Source: Vitreimonas sp.
GTDB lineage: Bacteria; Patescibacteriota; Microgenomatia; UBA1400; PJMF01
Assembly (NCBI GenBank): GCA_035627515.1
Contig: DASPLQ010000012.1
Coordinates: 1,276,309-1,340,308 of the forward strand
Reading direction: 5' to 3'
DNA length: 64,000 nucleotides
Made by a program: the position numbers and the translations under genes. Below are positions 27,733-37,029 of this stretch, piece by piece (the stretch's first letter is position 1; each line of letters opens with the position of its first letter). The notes below the pieces were generated by a model. It had not been told where the DNA came from. It was given only the letters and a program-made list of their open reading frames with translations, and ran no database searches.

Positions 27733-28263
27733 TTAGTTTAAATTACGCTTAATTCTCTTGACTAAATCAACCTGACTTTGATAATCTGAACACCCCCGGA
27801 CTGCATCCCGGATATCTCCCTGATCATCAGCAAACTCAATGCGATGGGAAAAAGTGGCAGGTTGAGATGCCCATTCCTCTGGATCTCGACCAATGTGAAA
27901 GTGGGTTTCCACACCCTTAGCTTCAGGGAAGAAGATCTCAAATAAATATAAATACTTCATCACCACTGCCAAGGCCGGAATTGCAGATGGTTCACCATGC
28001 GCCTCTAAGTAAGCTCGATAAAAACCAGTCACGTACTTATCTTCATTTAGTCTACATTTACGAATTGATTGCACTAAGCAAACTAACAACTCTAAACCAT
28101 GCCTGCCAAACTCATGATCAACAGTTGCGGTTTTCATGAAGGTGTTTTCTAGCTCTTGATTATCAGGCCGAGCGGACGCTAAATAAGCCGAGTGTTCATC
28201 ACCAAAGGGTAACAGTTCCGGATCAAGTTGAAGTGGAGGCAAAACAAATTTTTTTCGTTCCAT
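27733..28263 (-). CDS. Hypothetical protein
   Basis: This is a 176-aa soluble ORF that I cannot place in a family. Confidence 0.4.
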   Translation of the reverse strand: MERKKFVLPPLQLDPELLPFGDEHSAYLASARPDNQELENTFMKTATVDHEFGRHGLELLVCLVQSIRKCRLNEDKYVTGFYRAYLEAHGEPSAIPALAVVMKYLYLFEIFFPEAKGVETHFHIGRDPEEWASQPATFSHRIEFADDQGDIRDAVRGCSDYQSQVDLVKRIKRNLN

Positions 28264-28329
28264 ATAGTATCCATTCTGGAGTGTATGCTAAAGCAGTAGC
28301 CTCGTGTGTAAGGCTTGTGTATGAAGTTA

Positions 28330-29253
28330 TTAAGAAGTCCGCTGCCACCGCGCCCAAATACCGGTCGAAAGTGAGCGCTGCGATTGGGCTTCTTGCAGTG
28401 CCAGCTCACCCACCTGGACTTCGCCAGGGTGTTGAGACATCATCTCGCTCATCACATTTCCTAAGGTCACGGCTGAAGTACTGACAGCATAGGCATTCAT
28501 GACGATAAAGAGCGGTTTGTCACTTAAAATTTGGCTGCATAAATCTAGTAAAAGCGGTAAAGACTCTTTGAACTCCCACGTCTCACCATTGGGGCCATGA
28601 CCATACACAGGTGGATCGAGAATGATGCCATCATACTTGACCTCACGCCGCACTTCGCGGCTCACAAACTTGACTACGTCATCTAAAATCCACCGCACTG
28701 AGCGTTCATCCAAACCACTGGCGAGCTGATTCTGTTTAGCCCACCCAATAGCCGCTCTCGAGGCATCGACGTGGGTGACTTTGGCTCCCGCTTTGGCACA
28801 GACCATGCTAGCCATACCGGTATACGCAAATAAATTTAAAACTTGGAGGGGAGTTGCCGTCTCAGCAGTTTTAGCCTCAGCCAGTCGTTGTCGTAGCCAC
28901 TGCCACTGAGCACCTTGTTCGGGAAAAACACCGGTATGTTTGAAAGGGGAGAGCTTGACCACCGTCGCCATATCTTCCCAATGCATCAGCCATTCTTGTG
29001 GCATTTTAGTTTTAAATTTCCAGACACCTTTATCACCCTGAGTGCGTTCAAAAGCAGCGTCAGCCCGTTGCCACTCCGCCACCGGCAAAGTTTTCGACCA
29101 AATGATTTGGGGATCAGGGCGGCGCAACACAAACTCGCCAAAGCGCTCCAGTTTTTCGCCATCGCCACTATCAAGCAATTGATAATCACTCCAACCAGTA
29201 GGATACTCAAGTTTAATAGTCATAAATATGATCTGGAGGTTATTATAAAGCAA
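28330..29253 (-). CDS. Class I SAM-dependent RNA methyltransferase (PF10672, RlmI/YwbD-like)
   Basis: LDSGDGEKLERFG sits in the N-terminal domain, and LNLFAYTGMASMVCAKAGAKVTHVDASRAA...ILDPP is the SAM-binding core typical of PF10672. Confidence 0.7.
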   Translation of the reverse strand: MLYNNLQIIFMTIKLEYPTGWSDYQLLDSGDGEKLERFGEFVLRRPDPQIIWSKTLPVAEWQRADAAFERTQGDKGVWKFKTKMPQEWLMHWEDMATVVKLSPFKHTGVFPEQGAQWQWLRQRLAEAKTAETATPLQVLNLFAYTGMASMVCAKAGAKVTHVDASRAAIGWAKQNQLASGLDERSVRWILDDVVKFVSREVRREVKYDGIILDPPVYGHGPNGETWEFKESLPLLLDLCSQILSDKPLFIVMNAYAVSTSAVTLGNVMSEMMSQHPGEVQVGELALQEAQSQRSLSTGIWARWQRTS

Positions 29254-29281
29254 CCAGCTTATATAATTAAGGTAAGAATCT

Positions 29282-30112
29282 ATGTCCGAAAAATTACCAC
29301 TTCACTTTATTCCCCGGTTCCAAGCCTATATCTATCATTTTTTTGATAATTATGGTCGGCACGATTTGCCGTGGCGCCAAAATTATGATCCTTATCGAAT
29401 TATGGTGTCAGAAATCATGCTCCAACAAACTCAGGTGGAGCGCGTGATTCCTAAATACCTAGCTTTTTTAGAAAAATTTCCGACGGTGGCTGCCTTAGCC
29501 ACCGCCCCTCAAAGCCAAGTCATTCAAGCCTGGCAAGGGTTGGGATATAACCGCCGCGGACTAAACTTGCAACGAGCAGCTCAAAGTATAGTTGCTGACC
29601 ATAATGGTCACTTTCCAGATACTGAAGCCGGTTTGTTAGCACTGCCGGGCATTGGCCCCTACACCGCCGCGGCTATTCGGGCCTTTGCTTTTAACCAGCC
29701 CAGCATCGTTATCGAAACTAACATTCGGACTTTATTTATTTTTCACTTTTTTCCCGAAGCTTATAATGTGGAGGATTTGCAGCTGTTACCGTTGATTGAA
29801 GCCACCTTAGACCACAAAAATCCTCGTCGCTGGTACTCAGCTTTAATGGATTATGGGTCTTACTTAAAAAAAGTCATCGAGAACCCCACCCGGCGCAGCA
29901 AAACCTATAGTAAACAAGCCCCCTTGGCTGGCTCGAATCGTGAAGCTCGCGGTCTGATTTTGAAAGTCTTAGCCACTCACCCCGTCTTAAGTTACCCGCA
30001 ACTCGAGCAGCACACCTTGTTAATAGCAGATCGGCTCCAACCCGCTCTTGATCAATTACTGCGCGAAGGCTTCTTGAAACAGATAGGCGACAACTACAGC
30101 CTGGCAGATTAG
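29282..30112 (+). CDS. MutY-like HhH-GPD adenine DNA glycosylase lacking the 4Fe-4S loop and the NUDIX-like C-terminal domain
   Basis: DLPWRQNYDPYRIMVSEIMLQQTQV and the HhH-GPD segment LPGIGPYTAAAIRAFAF are present. No Cys cluster follows, and the protein is only 276 aa. Confidence 0.75.
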   Translation: MSEKLPLHFIPRFQAYIYHFFDNYGRHDLPWRQNYDPYRIMVSEIMLQQTQVERVIPKYLAFLEKFPTVAALATAPQSQVIQAWQGLGYNRRGLNLQRAAQSIVADHNGHFPDTEAGLLALPGIGPYTAAAIRAFAFNQPSIVIETNIRTLFIFHFFPEAYNVEDLQLLPLIEATLDHKNPRRWYSALMDYGSYLKKVIENPTRRSKTYSKQAPLAGSNREARGLILKVLATHPVLSYPQLEQHTLLIADRLQPALDQLLREGFLKQIGDNYSLAD

Positions 30113-30123
30113 AATAAGGCTTC

Positions 30124-31098
30124 ATGAACTCACGTATTTATAAAACCATTGGCCTGGGAGGCACCTTTGACCACTTCCATGCTGGTCACGAAGCATTTAT
30201 TACTTTTGCCAGCCAACTCGCCAGTGAACTTTTGATTGGTTTAACTCACCCTAAGTTGACCATGTCCAAACCGTATGCTCACTTGATTGAGCCTTACGAT
30301 GTCCGTCGGCGCCAAGTCCAACTCTTTTGCCAACGCCATGGCATCAAGCACAGAATCACTGAATTAACTGACCCCATTGGCCCGACTTTAGAAAAAACTG
30401 CGGTCAGAGCCTTAGCCGTCACCAATGAAACTGAAGCTGGTGCCATTCAGATTAATACTTTGCGCCAAAAATTGGGTCTGAGACCATTGCCGGTTCATGT
30501 CACTCCTCTCATCAAAGATGAGACTGGCCAAGACATTCACTCAGTTCGTATCCGCGCGGGTGAAATTACTCGGGAAGGTGAGGTTTATAAGGCTCTTTTT
30601 GACCAAGATCTAGAATTAGGTCCTGATCAACGCCAATTCTTTGCTCAGCCCCAAGGCAAGTTGATTGATTTGACTCGCTTTACCTCACAACCTAAGAAAC
30701 AAACGTTAGTAGCGGTGGTAGGAGATTCTAGTCTGGAAACCTTTTTAAATGAGAAATGGACTCACACGCTGGGCATCTTTGATAAAAAACGAGCTCGTGA
30801 AAAATTTGAGTCAGCAGTGATTGATCAGTTAGTCAGTAGTACTGTGGCTAACCCAGCTGGCATCATCACAGTTCAATTGATTGAATCCTTACAAAACGCA
30901 CTCACTCAAAAAAAGTCCTACCTGTTTGTAGAGGGCGAAGAAGATTTGGCCGCAGTGGCTTTGGTGTTGCTAGCTCCCCTTGAGAGCTTAGTTTATTATG
31001 GCCAACCCAACCAAGGCATTGTGGAACTCAGAGTCACTGAAGAGCTCAAAAAAACGTTTTACCACGCTCTTAAAAATACGAACCTTTCCCAAAAATAA
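30124..31098 (+). CDS. Archaeal/eukaryote-type phosphopantetheine adenylyltransferase (COG1019) fused to a C-terminal domain of unknown function, possibly a DUF359-type dephospho-CoA kinase
   Basis: The N-terminal roughly 150 aa read IGLGGTFDHFHAGH...IGLT...GLRPLPVHVTPLI...IHSVRIRAG, which parallels Pyrococcus PPAT (VVVGGTFDRLHLGH...IGLT...GLKPLEIIVIPII...ISSSLIRAG). The C-terminal roughly 160 aa contain FVEGEEDLAAVALVLLAP. Confidence 0.65.
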   Translation: MNSRIYKTIGLGGTFDHFHAGHEAFITFASQLASELLIGLTHPKLTMSKPYAHLIEPYDVRRRQVQLFCQRHGIKHRITELTDPIGPTLEKTAVRALAVTNETEAGAIQINTLRQKLGLRPLPVHVTPLIKDETGQDIHSVRIRAGEITREGEVYKALFDQDLELGPDQRQFFAQPQGKLIDLTRFTSQPKKQTLVAVVGDSSLETFLNEKWTHTLGIFDKKRAREKFESAVIDQLVSSTVANPAGIITVQLIESLQNALTQKKSYLFVEGEEDLAAVALVLLAPLESLVYYGQPNQGIVELRVTEELKKTFYHALKNTNLSQK

Positions 31099-31119
31099 AC
31101 CCTGTGCTAAGCTAAAGAC

Positions 31120-32307
31120 ATGAAACCTTTAGCTGCCCAGCTTCGGCCGACCACCCTCGATGAGTTCATGGGTCAAAGCCACCTCGTGGGACCTAATCAG
31201 CCACTCCGGATTGCCATTGAACAAGATAAATTATTCTCGATGATCTTGTGGGGACCACCGGGCGTCGGCAAAACCACCCTGGCCCAAATCATGGCTCACC
31301 AAACTCAACGTAATTTTTATGAGCTCTCGGCAGTGTCCGCCGGCAAAAGTGACGTCCGGGAAATTATCGACCAAGCTCAAACTCACTTGCAACTGAAAGC
31401 ACCAGTATTATTTATTGATGAAATCCATCGCTTCAATAAAGCTCAGCAGGACTTTTTATTGCCCTATGTAGAAAACGGCACCGTGATCTTAATTGGTGCC
31501 ACCACTGAAAATCCTAGTTTTGAAGTCATTTCAGCTTTGCTGTCACGAAGCCGAGTCTTTGTTCTCAAATCACTGAATGAAACTGAACTTAAAGAGATCA
31601 TTGAGCGAGCGCTGCCCGCCTTACAAAGTAGCTACAACCATGAGTTTGTGATTGATGACGAAACTCAGGATTGGTTAGTTACCTATGCCAATGGTGATGC
31701 TCGTAAGTTATTGACCATGTTGGACAATACAGCCCAACTATATGAAGATTTAACAATCGAGACGTTTAAAGCTGCCCTGCAATCCAACCAGCTTCGTTAT
31801 GACAAAGGGGGAGAGGAGCACTATGACACGATTAGTGCTTTCATTAAATCAATGCGAGCCAGCAACACTGATGCTGCCCTGTATTACTTAGCTCGGATGG
31901 TTGACGCCGGGGAGGACCCCAAATTTATTGCTCGTAGAATGGTGATTTTTGCGAGCGAAGATATTGGCCTGGCTGTGCCCACCGCACTCGTCGTCGCTAA
32001 TGCAGTTTTCGAAGCTGTCACCAAAATTGGTTATCCTGAAGCCCAAATTAATTTAGCTCACGGCGTAGCATATTTATGCCAGTGTACTAAAGACCGCTCA
32101 GCTTATGACGCTTACTTTGCAGCCTTAGCCGACGTCAAAGCCCTAGGTAACCTGGCTATCCCTTTGGAACTACGCAATGCGCCCACTAAACTCATGAAAA
32201 ACTTGGACTACGGCAAAGGTTACGAAATGTATCCTGATAAAAACAAAAGCCTGTTGCCAGATAAATTGAAACGCAAAACCTACTTTAAGAAACCGCAATC
32301 AAAATAA
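31120..32307 (+). CDS. rarA: Replication-associated recombination protein A (AAA+ ATPase RarA/MgsA)
   Basis: The Walker A motif (GPPGVGKTT) and Walker B motif (LFIDEIHRFNK) are present, with the MgsA C-terminal domain. Confidence 0.9.
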   Translation: MKPLAAQLRPTTLDEFMGQSHLVGPNQPLRIAIEQDKLFSMILWGPPGVGKTTLAQIMAHQTQRNFYELSAVSAGKSDVREIIDQAQTHLQLKAPVLFIDEIHRFNKAQQDFLLPYVENGTVILIGATTENPSFEVISALLSRSRVFVLKSLNETELKEIIERALPALQSSYNHEFVIDDETQDWLVTYANGDARKLLTMLDNTAQLYEDLTIETFKAALQSNQLRYDKGGEEHYDTISAFIKSMRASNTDAALYYLARMVDAGEDPKFIARRMVIFASEDIGLAVPTALVVANAVFEAVTKIGYPEAQINLAHGVAYLCQCTKDRSAYDAYFAALADVKALGNLAIPLELRNAPTKLMKNLDYGKGYEMYPDKNKSLLPDKLKRKTYFKKPQSK

Positions 32308-33145
32308 CGCCCGCCACCATCATACAGATCGGGACTAAACGGTGCTTAATGTTTTCTTGAAAAAAATACCACCCCATCACTGATGAAAAAATAATACTGG
32401 TTCGTTTGACTGAGATGAGTAACACCGCCACCGACAAACTCTGACCCACCATTTGGCTTAACACAGATAAACCATCTAAAATACCCACCGGCAGGAGCTG
32501 CTTCATGTAACGTGACGTCAGTGATTGCTTAAATTGCTGACGATCCGCCCCAAACGCTAAAGGTGTAAACACCGCTGCCAACACCACTGCGCCCAAACCA
32601 GTGTAAAAATACGGATTTGAATGAGCAATAGCTAATTTGTGGAGGCTGCCGGTAATACCCCACAACACTGCCGCACCAAACATGCAAAATGTACCGGTAT
32701 CACGCGTCATACATAATAAGGGTTGCCACAGTGGCTCCTGGCGTTTGAAGTGTAAGATGTACATTCCCAGTACGATTAATATCACCCCGGCTAAACCGAG
32801 CTGTGAAGGAAATTCTTGATTGATTATCAATCCTGAGACCAATAACACCAAAGGCGTAAAAGAAAGCATTGGCAAAGTCAGTGATAAATCAGAACGTCGC
32901 AGAGCTTCTACATAAAGCAACAGCGAAATAAAATCTAATACAATCCGAGCGCTAAAAGCTAACCAAAAAACCGCATCTAACTGTGGGATACCATGCACAA
33001 ACATCACCGGCACTAAAATAATTAAGGAGTAAAAGACCCAGGCCCACGTCACAACTAAAGAGTTAAATGACTTAGTATTATGCTTAGCTAAAACATTCCG
33101 GCTGGCATCAAAAAAAGCAGAAAATAAACCCAATACGAACCACAT
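32285..33145 (-). CDS. EamA/DMT-superfamily transporter
   Basis: It has ten TM helices arranged as two EamA-like repeats. Confidence 0.6.
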   Translation of the reverse strand: MWFVLGLFSAFFDASRNVLAKHNTKSFNSLVVTWAWVFYSLIILVPVMFVHGIPQLDAVFWLAFSARIVLDFISLLLYVEALRRSDLSLTLPMLSFTPLVLLVSGLIINQEFPSQLGLAGVILIVLGMYILHFKRQEPLWQPLLCMTRDTGTFCMFGAAVLWGITGSLHKLAIAHSNPYFYTGLGAVVLAAVFTPLAFGADRQQFKQSLTSRYMKQLLPVGILDGLSVLSQMVGQSLSVAVLLISVKRTSIIFSSVMGWYFFQENIKHRLVPICMMVAGVILIAVS

Positions 33146-33181
33146 TTTTTGATTATAGCGCGTTTATGATAGGATGAATCA

Positions 33182-33568
33182 ATGAAACTAAACCCGCTGA
33201 CACCTGAAGAAAAGCGCGTGATTATTGATAAAGGCACCGAGGCTCCTTTCACCGGTGAGTATGACGAACATTTTGTGGAAGGGATTTATCTCTGTCGTCA
33301 ATGTGAGACACCTTTATATACTTCCACTGCTAAATTTCATTCCGGTTGTGGCTGGCCTAGTTTTGACCAGGAAATTCCGGACGCCGCCACTCACATTCCT
33401 GATCCTCGCTGGTATGGTAAGTACGATGAATTGATGTGTGCTCAATGTGGGGCTCATCTCGGTCATCTTTTCGAGGGTGAAGGGTTTACCGATAAAAACA
33501 CTCGCCACTGCGTCAACTCCATTTCCTTAAAATTTGTACCCCAAAAAGCGGAGGCACAAAATGTGTAA
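33182..33568 (+). CDS. msrB: Peptide-methionine (R)-S-oxide reductase MsrB
   Basis: Two CxxC pairs ([18 protein letters not shown]) and the catalytic region RHCVNS are present. Confidence 0.9.
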   Translation: MKLNPLTPEEKRVIIDKGTEAPFTGEYDEHFVEGIYLCRQCETPLYTSTAKFHSGCGWPSFDQEIPDAATHIPDPRWYGKYDELMCAQCGAHLGHLFEGEGFTDKNTRHCVNSISLKFVPQKAEAQNV

Positions 33569-34097
33569 CTTAGAAACTGCAGTTTTTGGTGGCGGTTGTT
33601 TTTGGTGTACTGAGGCGGTCTTTCAACGATTAAAAGGTGTAGAACGCGTCGTTCCCGGTTATGCAGGGGGACGCTCACTAAATCCCAATTACTTTCGAGT
33701 CAGCGAAGGTATTACCGGTCATGCAGAAGTCATCAAGCTAGAGTTTAATCCTCAGATCATTAGCTACGAACAACTCCTTGATGTCTTTTGGCACGTCCAT
33801 GATCCTACCACTTTAAATAAACAAGGTGCGGATGTCGGAACGCAATATCGCTCGATTATTCTCTATACCAGTGATCAACAACGTATTACGGCTGAAAAAG
33901 CTCTTGCTGACCTAGAAAAATCAGCTGAATTTACCTCCCCCATCGTGACCGAGCTACAACCTCTAGACACCTTTTATGACGCTGAAGAGTACCACCGTAA
34001 TTATTTTGACCGCAATCAAACAGAACCGTATTGCGAGCTGGTCATTTCTCCTAAAATTGAGAAGCTGATTAAGCGTTATAATGACCTTCTAAAGTAA
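33561..34097 (+). CDS. msrA: Peptide-methionine (S)-S-oxide reductase MsrA
   Basis: The GGGCFWC active-site motif is present. The ORF opens at 33534, but the Met at 33561 immediately precedes the conserved core. Confidence 0.9.
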   Translation: MCNLETAVFGGGCFWCTEAVFQRLKGVERVVPGYAGGRSLNPNYFRVSEGITGHAEVIKLEFNPQIISYEQLLDVFWHVHDPTTLNKQGADVGTQYRSIILYTSDQQRITAEKALADLEKSAEFTSPIVTELQPLDTFYDAEEYHRNYFDRNQTEPYCELVISPKIEKLIKRYNDLLK

Positions 34098-34099
34098 TT

Positions 34100-35020
34100 A
34101 TGCACTCTGTTTTAGAAGTCACTAACTTAACTAAGCGCTATGGCGAGTACACCGCTGTAGACCAAATCTCCTTCGATATTAAAGAGGGGGAAATTTTAGG
34201 ATTACTGGGGGCTAATGGCGCGGGAAAGTCTACGACCATCCAAATGTTGCTAGGCTTGACCGAACCCAATGGCGGCGAAATTAAGTATTTTGGTAAAAAT
34301 TTTGCTGATCATCGGGAAAGTTGTTTGTCACGCTTAAACTTTGCCTCCGCCTATTCAGAGCTCCAAGGTCGGATGAGCATTTATCAAAACCTCAAAGTGT
34401 ATGCAGCCTTATATCAAGTGCCTAAACCTGAAGAACGTATTGCTGAGTTATTAAGAATTCTAGAAATTGAAGCCGTGCGAGACGTGAATTTTTGGAAAGT
34501 GTCATCGGGACAAAAAACTCGTGCCATTTTAGCTAAAGCACTGCTCAATAATCCTAAAATGTTATTGATGGATGAGCCCACAGCCAGTCTTGATCCCGAC
34601 ATTATTAATAAGATTATCGATTTGATCAAAGAACTCCAAGTTACTCAAAAAATGAGCATTCTTTTTACTAGTCATAACATGGATGAAGTCACACGGCTGT
34701 GTGATCGAGTAGCATTTTTAGTCAAAGGTAAGATTGTAGCCCTGGATACGCCGCTTCAATTAACCAAACTAGTGGGTAAAACTAAATTGGTGATTACGTA
34801 CGAGGGTAAAAAGACCCAGATGACACAGTATTTAGAAACACAATCTTTGGCCCACCACCATGTCCGGAATGACGTGGTAGAAATTTCTGTAGCAGAATCA
34901 GAAATACCAGGTGTATTATTTGGTCTCAAAGGCGAAGAAATCTGGGTCACAAATATTAGTATCGAACAACCTTCATTAGAAGACGTTTTCTTGATGATGG
35001 CGAGAAAGAACGCTGTATGA
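34100..35020 (+). CDS. ABC transporter ATP-binding protein
   Basis: The Walker A motif GANGAGKST, the signature SSGQKTR and the Walker B motif LLMDEP are present. Confidence 0.85.
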   Translation: MHSVLEVTNLTKRYGEYTAVDQISFDIKEGEILGLLGANGAGKSTTIQMLLGLTEPNGGEIKYFGKNFADHRESCLSRLNFASAYSELQGRMSIYQNLKVYAALYQVPKPEERIAELLRILEIEAVRDVNFWKVSSGQKTRAILAKALLNNPKMLLMDEPTASLDPDIINKIIDLIKELQVTQKMSILFTSHNMDEVTRLCDRVAFLVKGKIVALDTPLQLTKLVGKTKLVITYEGKKTQMTQYLETQSLAHHHVRNDVVEISVAESEIPGVLFGLKGEEIWVTNISIEQPSLEDVFLMMARKNAV

Positions 35021-35799
35021 GCTGGGCCCGTATCAAAGCTATTTTATTGCATTCCTACTACCACACTAGTCATAGTGTGGAAACCTGGGTGGATTTAGGC
35101 TGGTTTACGTTCATTCAGCTAGGAGTATTTGGCTTTTTAGCTTCATTTTTTGCTCAAGGGAATCCTGAAATGGGTCGCGCTCTTTTATTGGGCTTCTTGT
35201 TTTGGGAAGTAGTCCGCATTGGACAATATTGTGTCTCAATTACCTTGATGTGGGAAGTCTGGTCGCACAGTTTGAGCACCATGTTTATCTCACCCTTAAC
35301 TATGGAAGAGTTTTTCACCAGCCAAATGATTTCAGGAGCAATTAAAACCTTAGGGCTGGTAGTACTGCTTAGTTTAACTAGCAAATTCATGTTTGGCTTT
35401 TGGATTTTTGAACTAGGTTTGATGTCTATTATCTATATCAGTCTGCTGTTATTGTTTTCATACGCCATGGGAATTTTTATTGCTGGTCTAATCGTTCGGT
35501 ATGGGACTGATATTCAGTCACTAGCGTGGGGATTAATCTTCATTTTTCAACCATTGTCGGCTGTTTATTATCCAGTGTCAGCGCTGCCACCTGCCCTTCA
35601 GTATGTGGCCATGATTTCTCCGATCACCTATGTAATGGAATCAGCTCGAATGCAACTCAGTGGCTTTTCACCACACTGGAACTACTTATTGATCTCAACT
35701 TTTTTGGGTTTGGCTTACTTTGCAGGCTCGCTGTGGTTCTTAAAAGCGATGTATTTACAAGCTCGACGGAATGGTTCGTTTGCCCGTCTTGGACATTAA
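35017..35799 (+). CDS. ABC-2 type transporter permease
   Basis: The protein has six TM helices, and its start overlaps the upstream ATPase stop by 4 nt. Confidence 0.65.
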   Translation: MSWARIKAILLHSYYHTSHSVETWVDLGWFTFIQLGVFGFLASFFAQGNPEMGRALLLGFLFWEVVRIGQYCVSITLMWEVWSHSLSTMFISPLTMEEFFTSQMISGAIKTLGLVVLLSLTSKFMFGFWIFELGLMSIIYISLLLLFSYAMGIFIAGLIVRYGTDIQSLAWGLIFIFQPLSAVYYPVSALPPALQYVAMISPITYVMESARMQLSGFSPHWNYLLISTFLGLAYFAGSLWFLKAMYLQARRNGSFARLGH

Positions 35800-35878
35800 T
35801 AGACCTATAATTATTTAGTTGTTTTTCACGGATATTTCACGAATTTTCACCAGATAATATTCGTGAAAATTAACATAC

Positions 35879-36460
35879 ATGCCGATCATCTATTTTATCA
35901 CCCATCCTGAAGTACTCATTAATCCTGAGCAAGACATTCAAGCGTGGTCACTTTCCGAAAAAGGCCAACAACGAACCCATAACTCTCTCGCCCAACCGTG
36001 GTGGCACGACATCGCCGCACTTTATTCAAGCACGGAAAGAAAAGCTATCGAAACAACCGAGATAATCGCTCACCAGCTTTCGCTCAAATACACACAGATA
36101 GCAACGCTCGGTGAAATGGACCGCTCCAGTACCGGCTATTTACCACGGGCAGAGTTCGAACTGACCGCCGACCACTTCTTTTCTCAACCCACAGTCAGTG
36201 TCAGAGGGTGGGAAAAAGCCGTTGATGCTCAGACACGTATTGTCACGGCTATTGATGACATCAGTAAACAGCATACTCATCAAAAAGTTACCATTATTTC
36301 TCATGGTGGGGTAGGGGCGTTATTACTCGCTCATCTTCACCACGCATCCATCTCTCGGCAGTTTGACCAACCTGGAAACGGTGGCGGCAATTACTTTGTC
36401 TTTGACACCCACACTCAGCAGGTTTTGACCACTTGGAAACCATTTGACGTAGTAGAATAA
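35879..36460 (+). CDS. Histidine-phosphatase superfamily (PGAM-like) protein, variant N-terminal motif
   Basis: IYFITHPE stands in place of the RHGE motif, so His is kept and Arg is replaced. The C-terminus reads VTIISHGGVGALL. Confidence 0.5.
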   Translation: MPIIYFITHPEVLINPEQDIQAWSLSEKGQQRTHNSLAQPWWHDIAALYSSTERKAIETTEIIAHQLSLKYTQIATLGEMDRSSTGYLPRAEFELTADHFFSQPTVSVRGWEKAVDAQTRIVTAIDDISKQHTHQKVTIISHGGVGALLLAHLHHASISRQFDQPGNGGGNYFVFDTHTQQVLTTWKPFDVVE

Positions 36461-36463
36461 GCT

Positions 36464-36976
36464 ATGCCTCTCGATAACCAATCAGAACGCTTCATTTGGG
36501 TTGATGAACACGACCAAGTGCTTGGTTCCATTTCCCGCCGCGAAGCCCATGATGGCACGCACAAGATTCATCGTGCTATGTACGTCATTTTACTCAATAC
36601 TCAAGGGGAGATTCTGATGCAGCAGCGCAGCGCGCATAAAGATTTATGGCCCCACTGGTGGAGTCTGTCAGTAGCAGGCCATGTCAGCGAGGGCGAAAGT
36701 TACGAAGATGCCGCCAAACGTGAAAGTCTGGAAGAAATTGGCCTTGAGCTCAAGTTTGAGTTCAAAGGTACTTATTTCAATCGCAATGATAAAGAAAGTG
36801 AGTACATTGCTGTTTTCACTGCTGTCTCTGATCTCACTGCTGATCAAATTAAGTTTGATGTGGATGAAGTTGAACAAGTCAGATGGTTGCCCCAGTCAGA
36901 ACTCAAAAGTTTTCTTGAAACTCATCAAATTGTGCCTCACGTCCCTCAGGCACTTAAAGTCGCTGGGTTGGGTTAA
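36464..36976 (+). CDS. NUDIX hydrolase
   Basis: The Nudix box GHVSEGESYEDAAKRESLEEIGL is present. Confidence 0.8.
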   Translation: MPLDNQSERFIWVDEHDQVLGSISRREAHDGTHKIHRAMYVILLNTQGEILMQQRSAHKDLWPHWWSLSVAGHVSEGESYEDAAKRESLEEIGLELKFEFKGTYFNRNDKESEYIAVFTAVSDLTADQIKFDVDEVEQVRWLPQSELKSFLETHQIVPHVPQALKVAGLG

Positions 36977-37029
36977 CAACTTTATACCACGCTACACTTC
37001 CTGCAAGCTTGAGTTGGTAAACTGCCCGC

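Noticed and set aside
36464-36976. Isopentenyl-diphosphate isomerase type 1 (Idi)
   Set aside because: The N-terminal pattern (QRSAHKDLWPHWWSLSVAGH) resembles Idi, but the catalytic Cys of the NSVCGHP motif is replaced by Ala. It is therefore called a generic NUDIX hydrolase.
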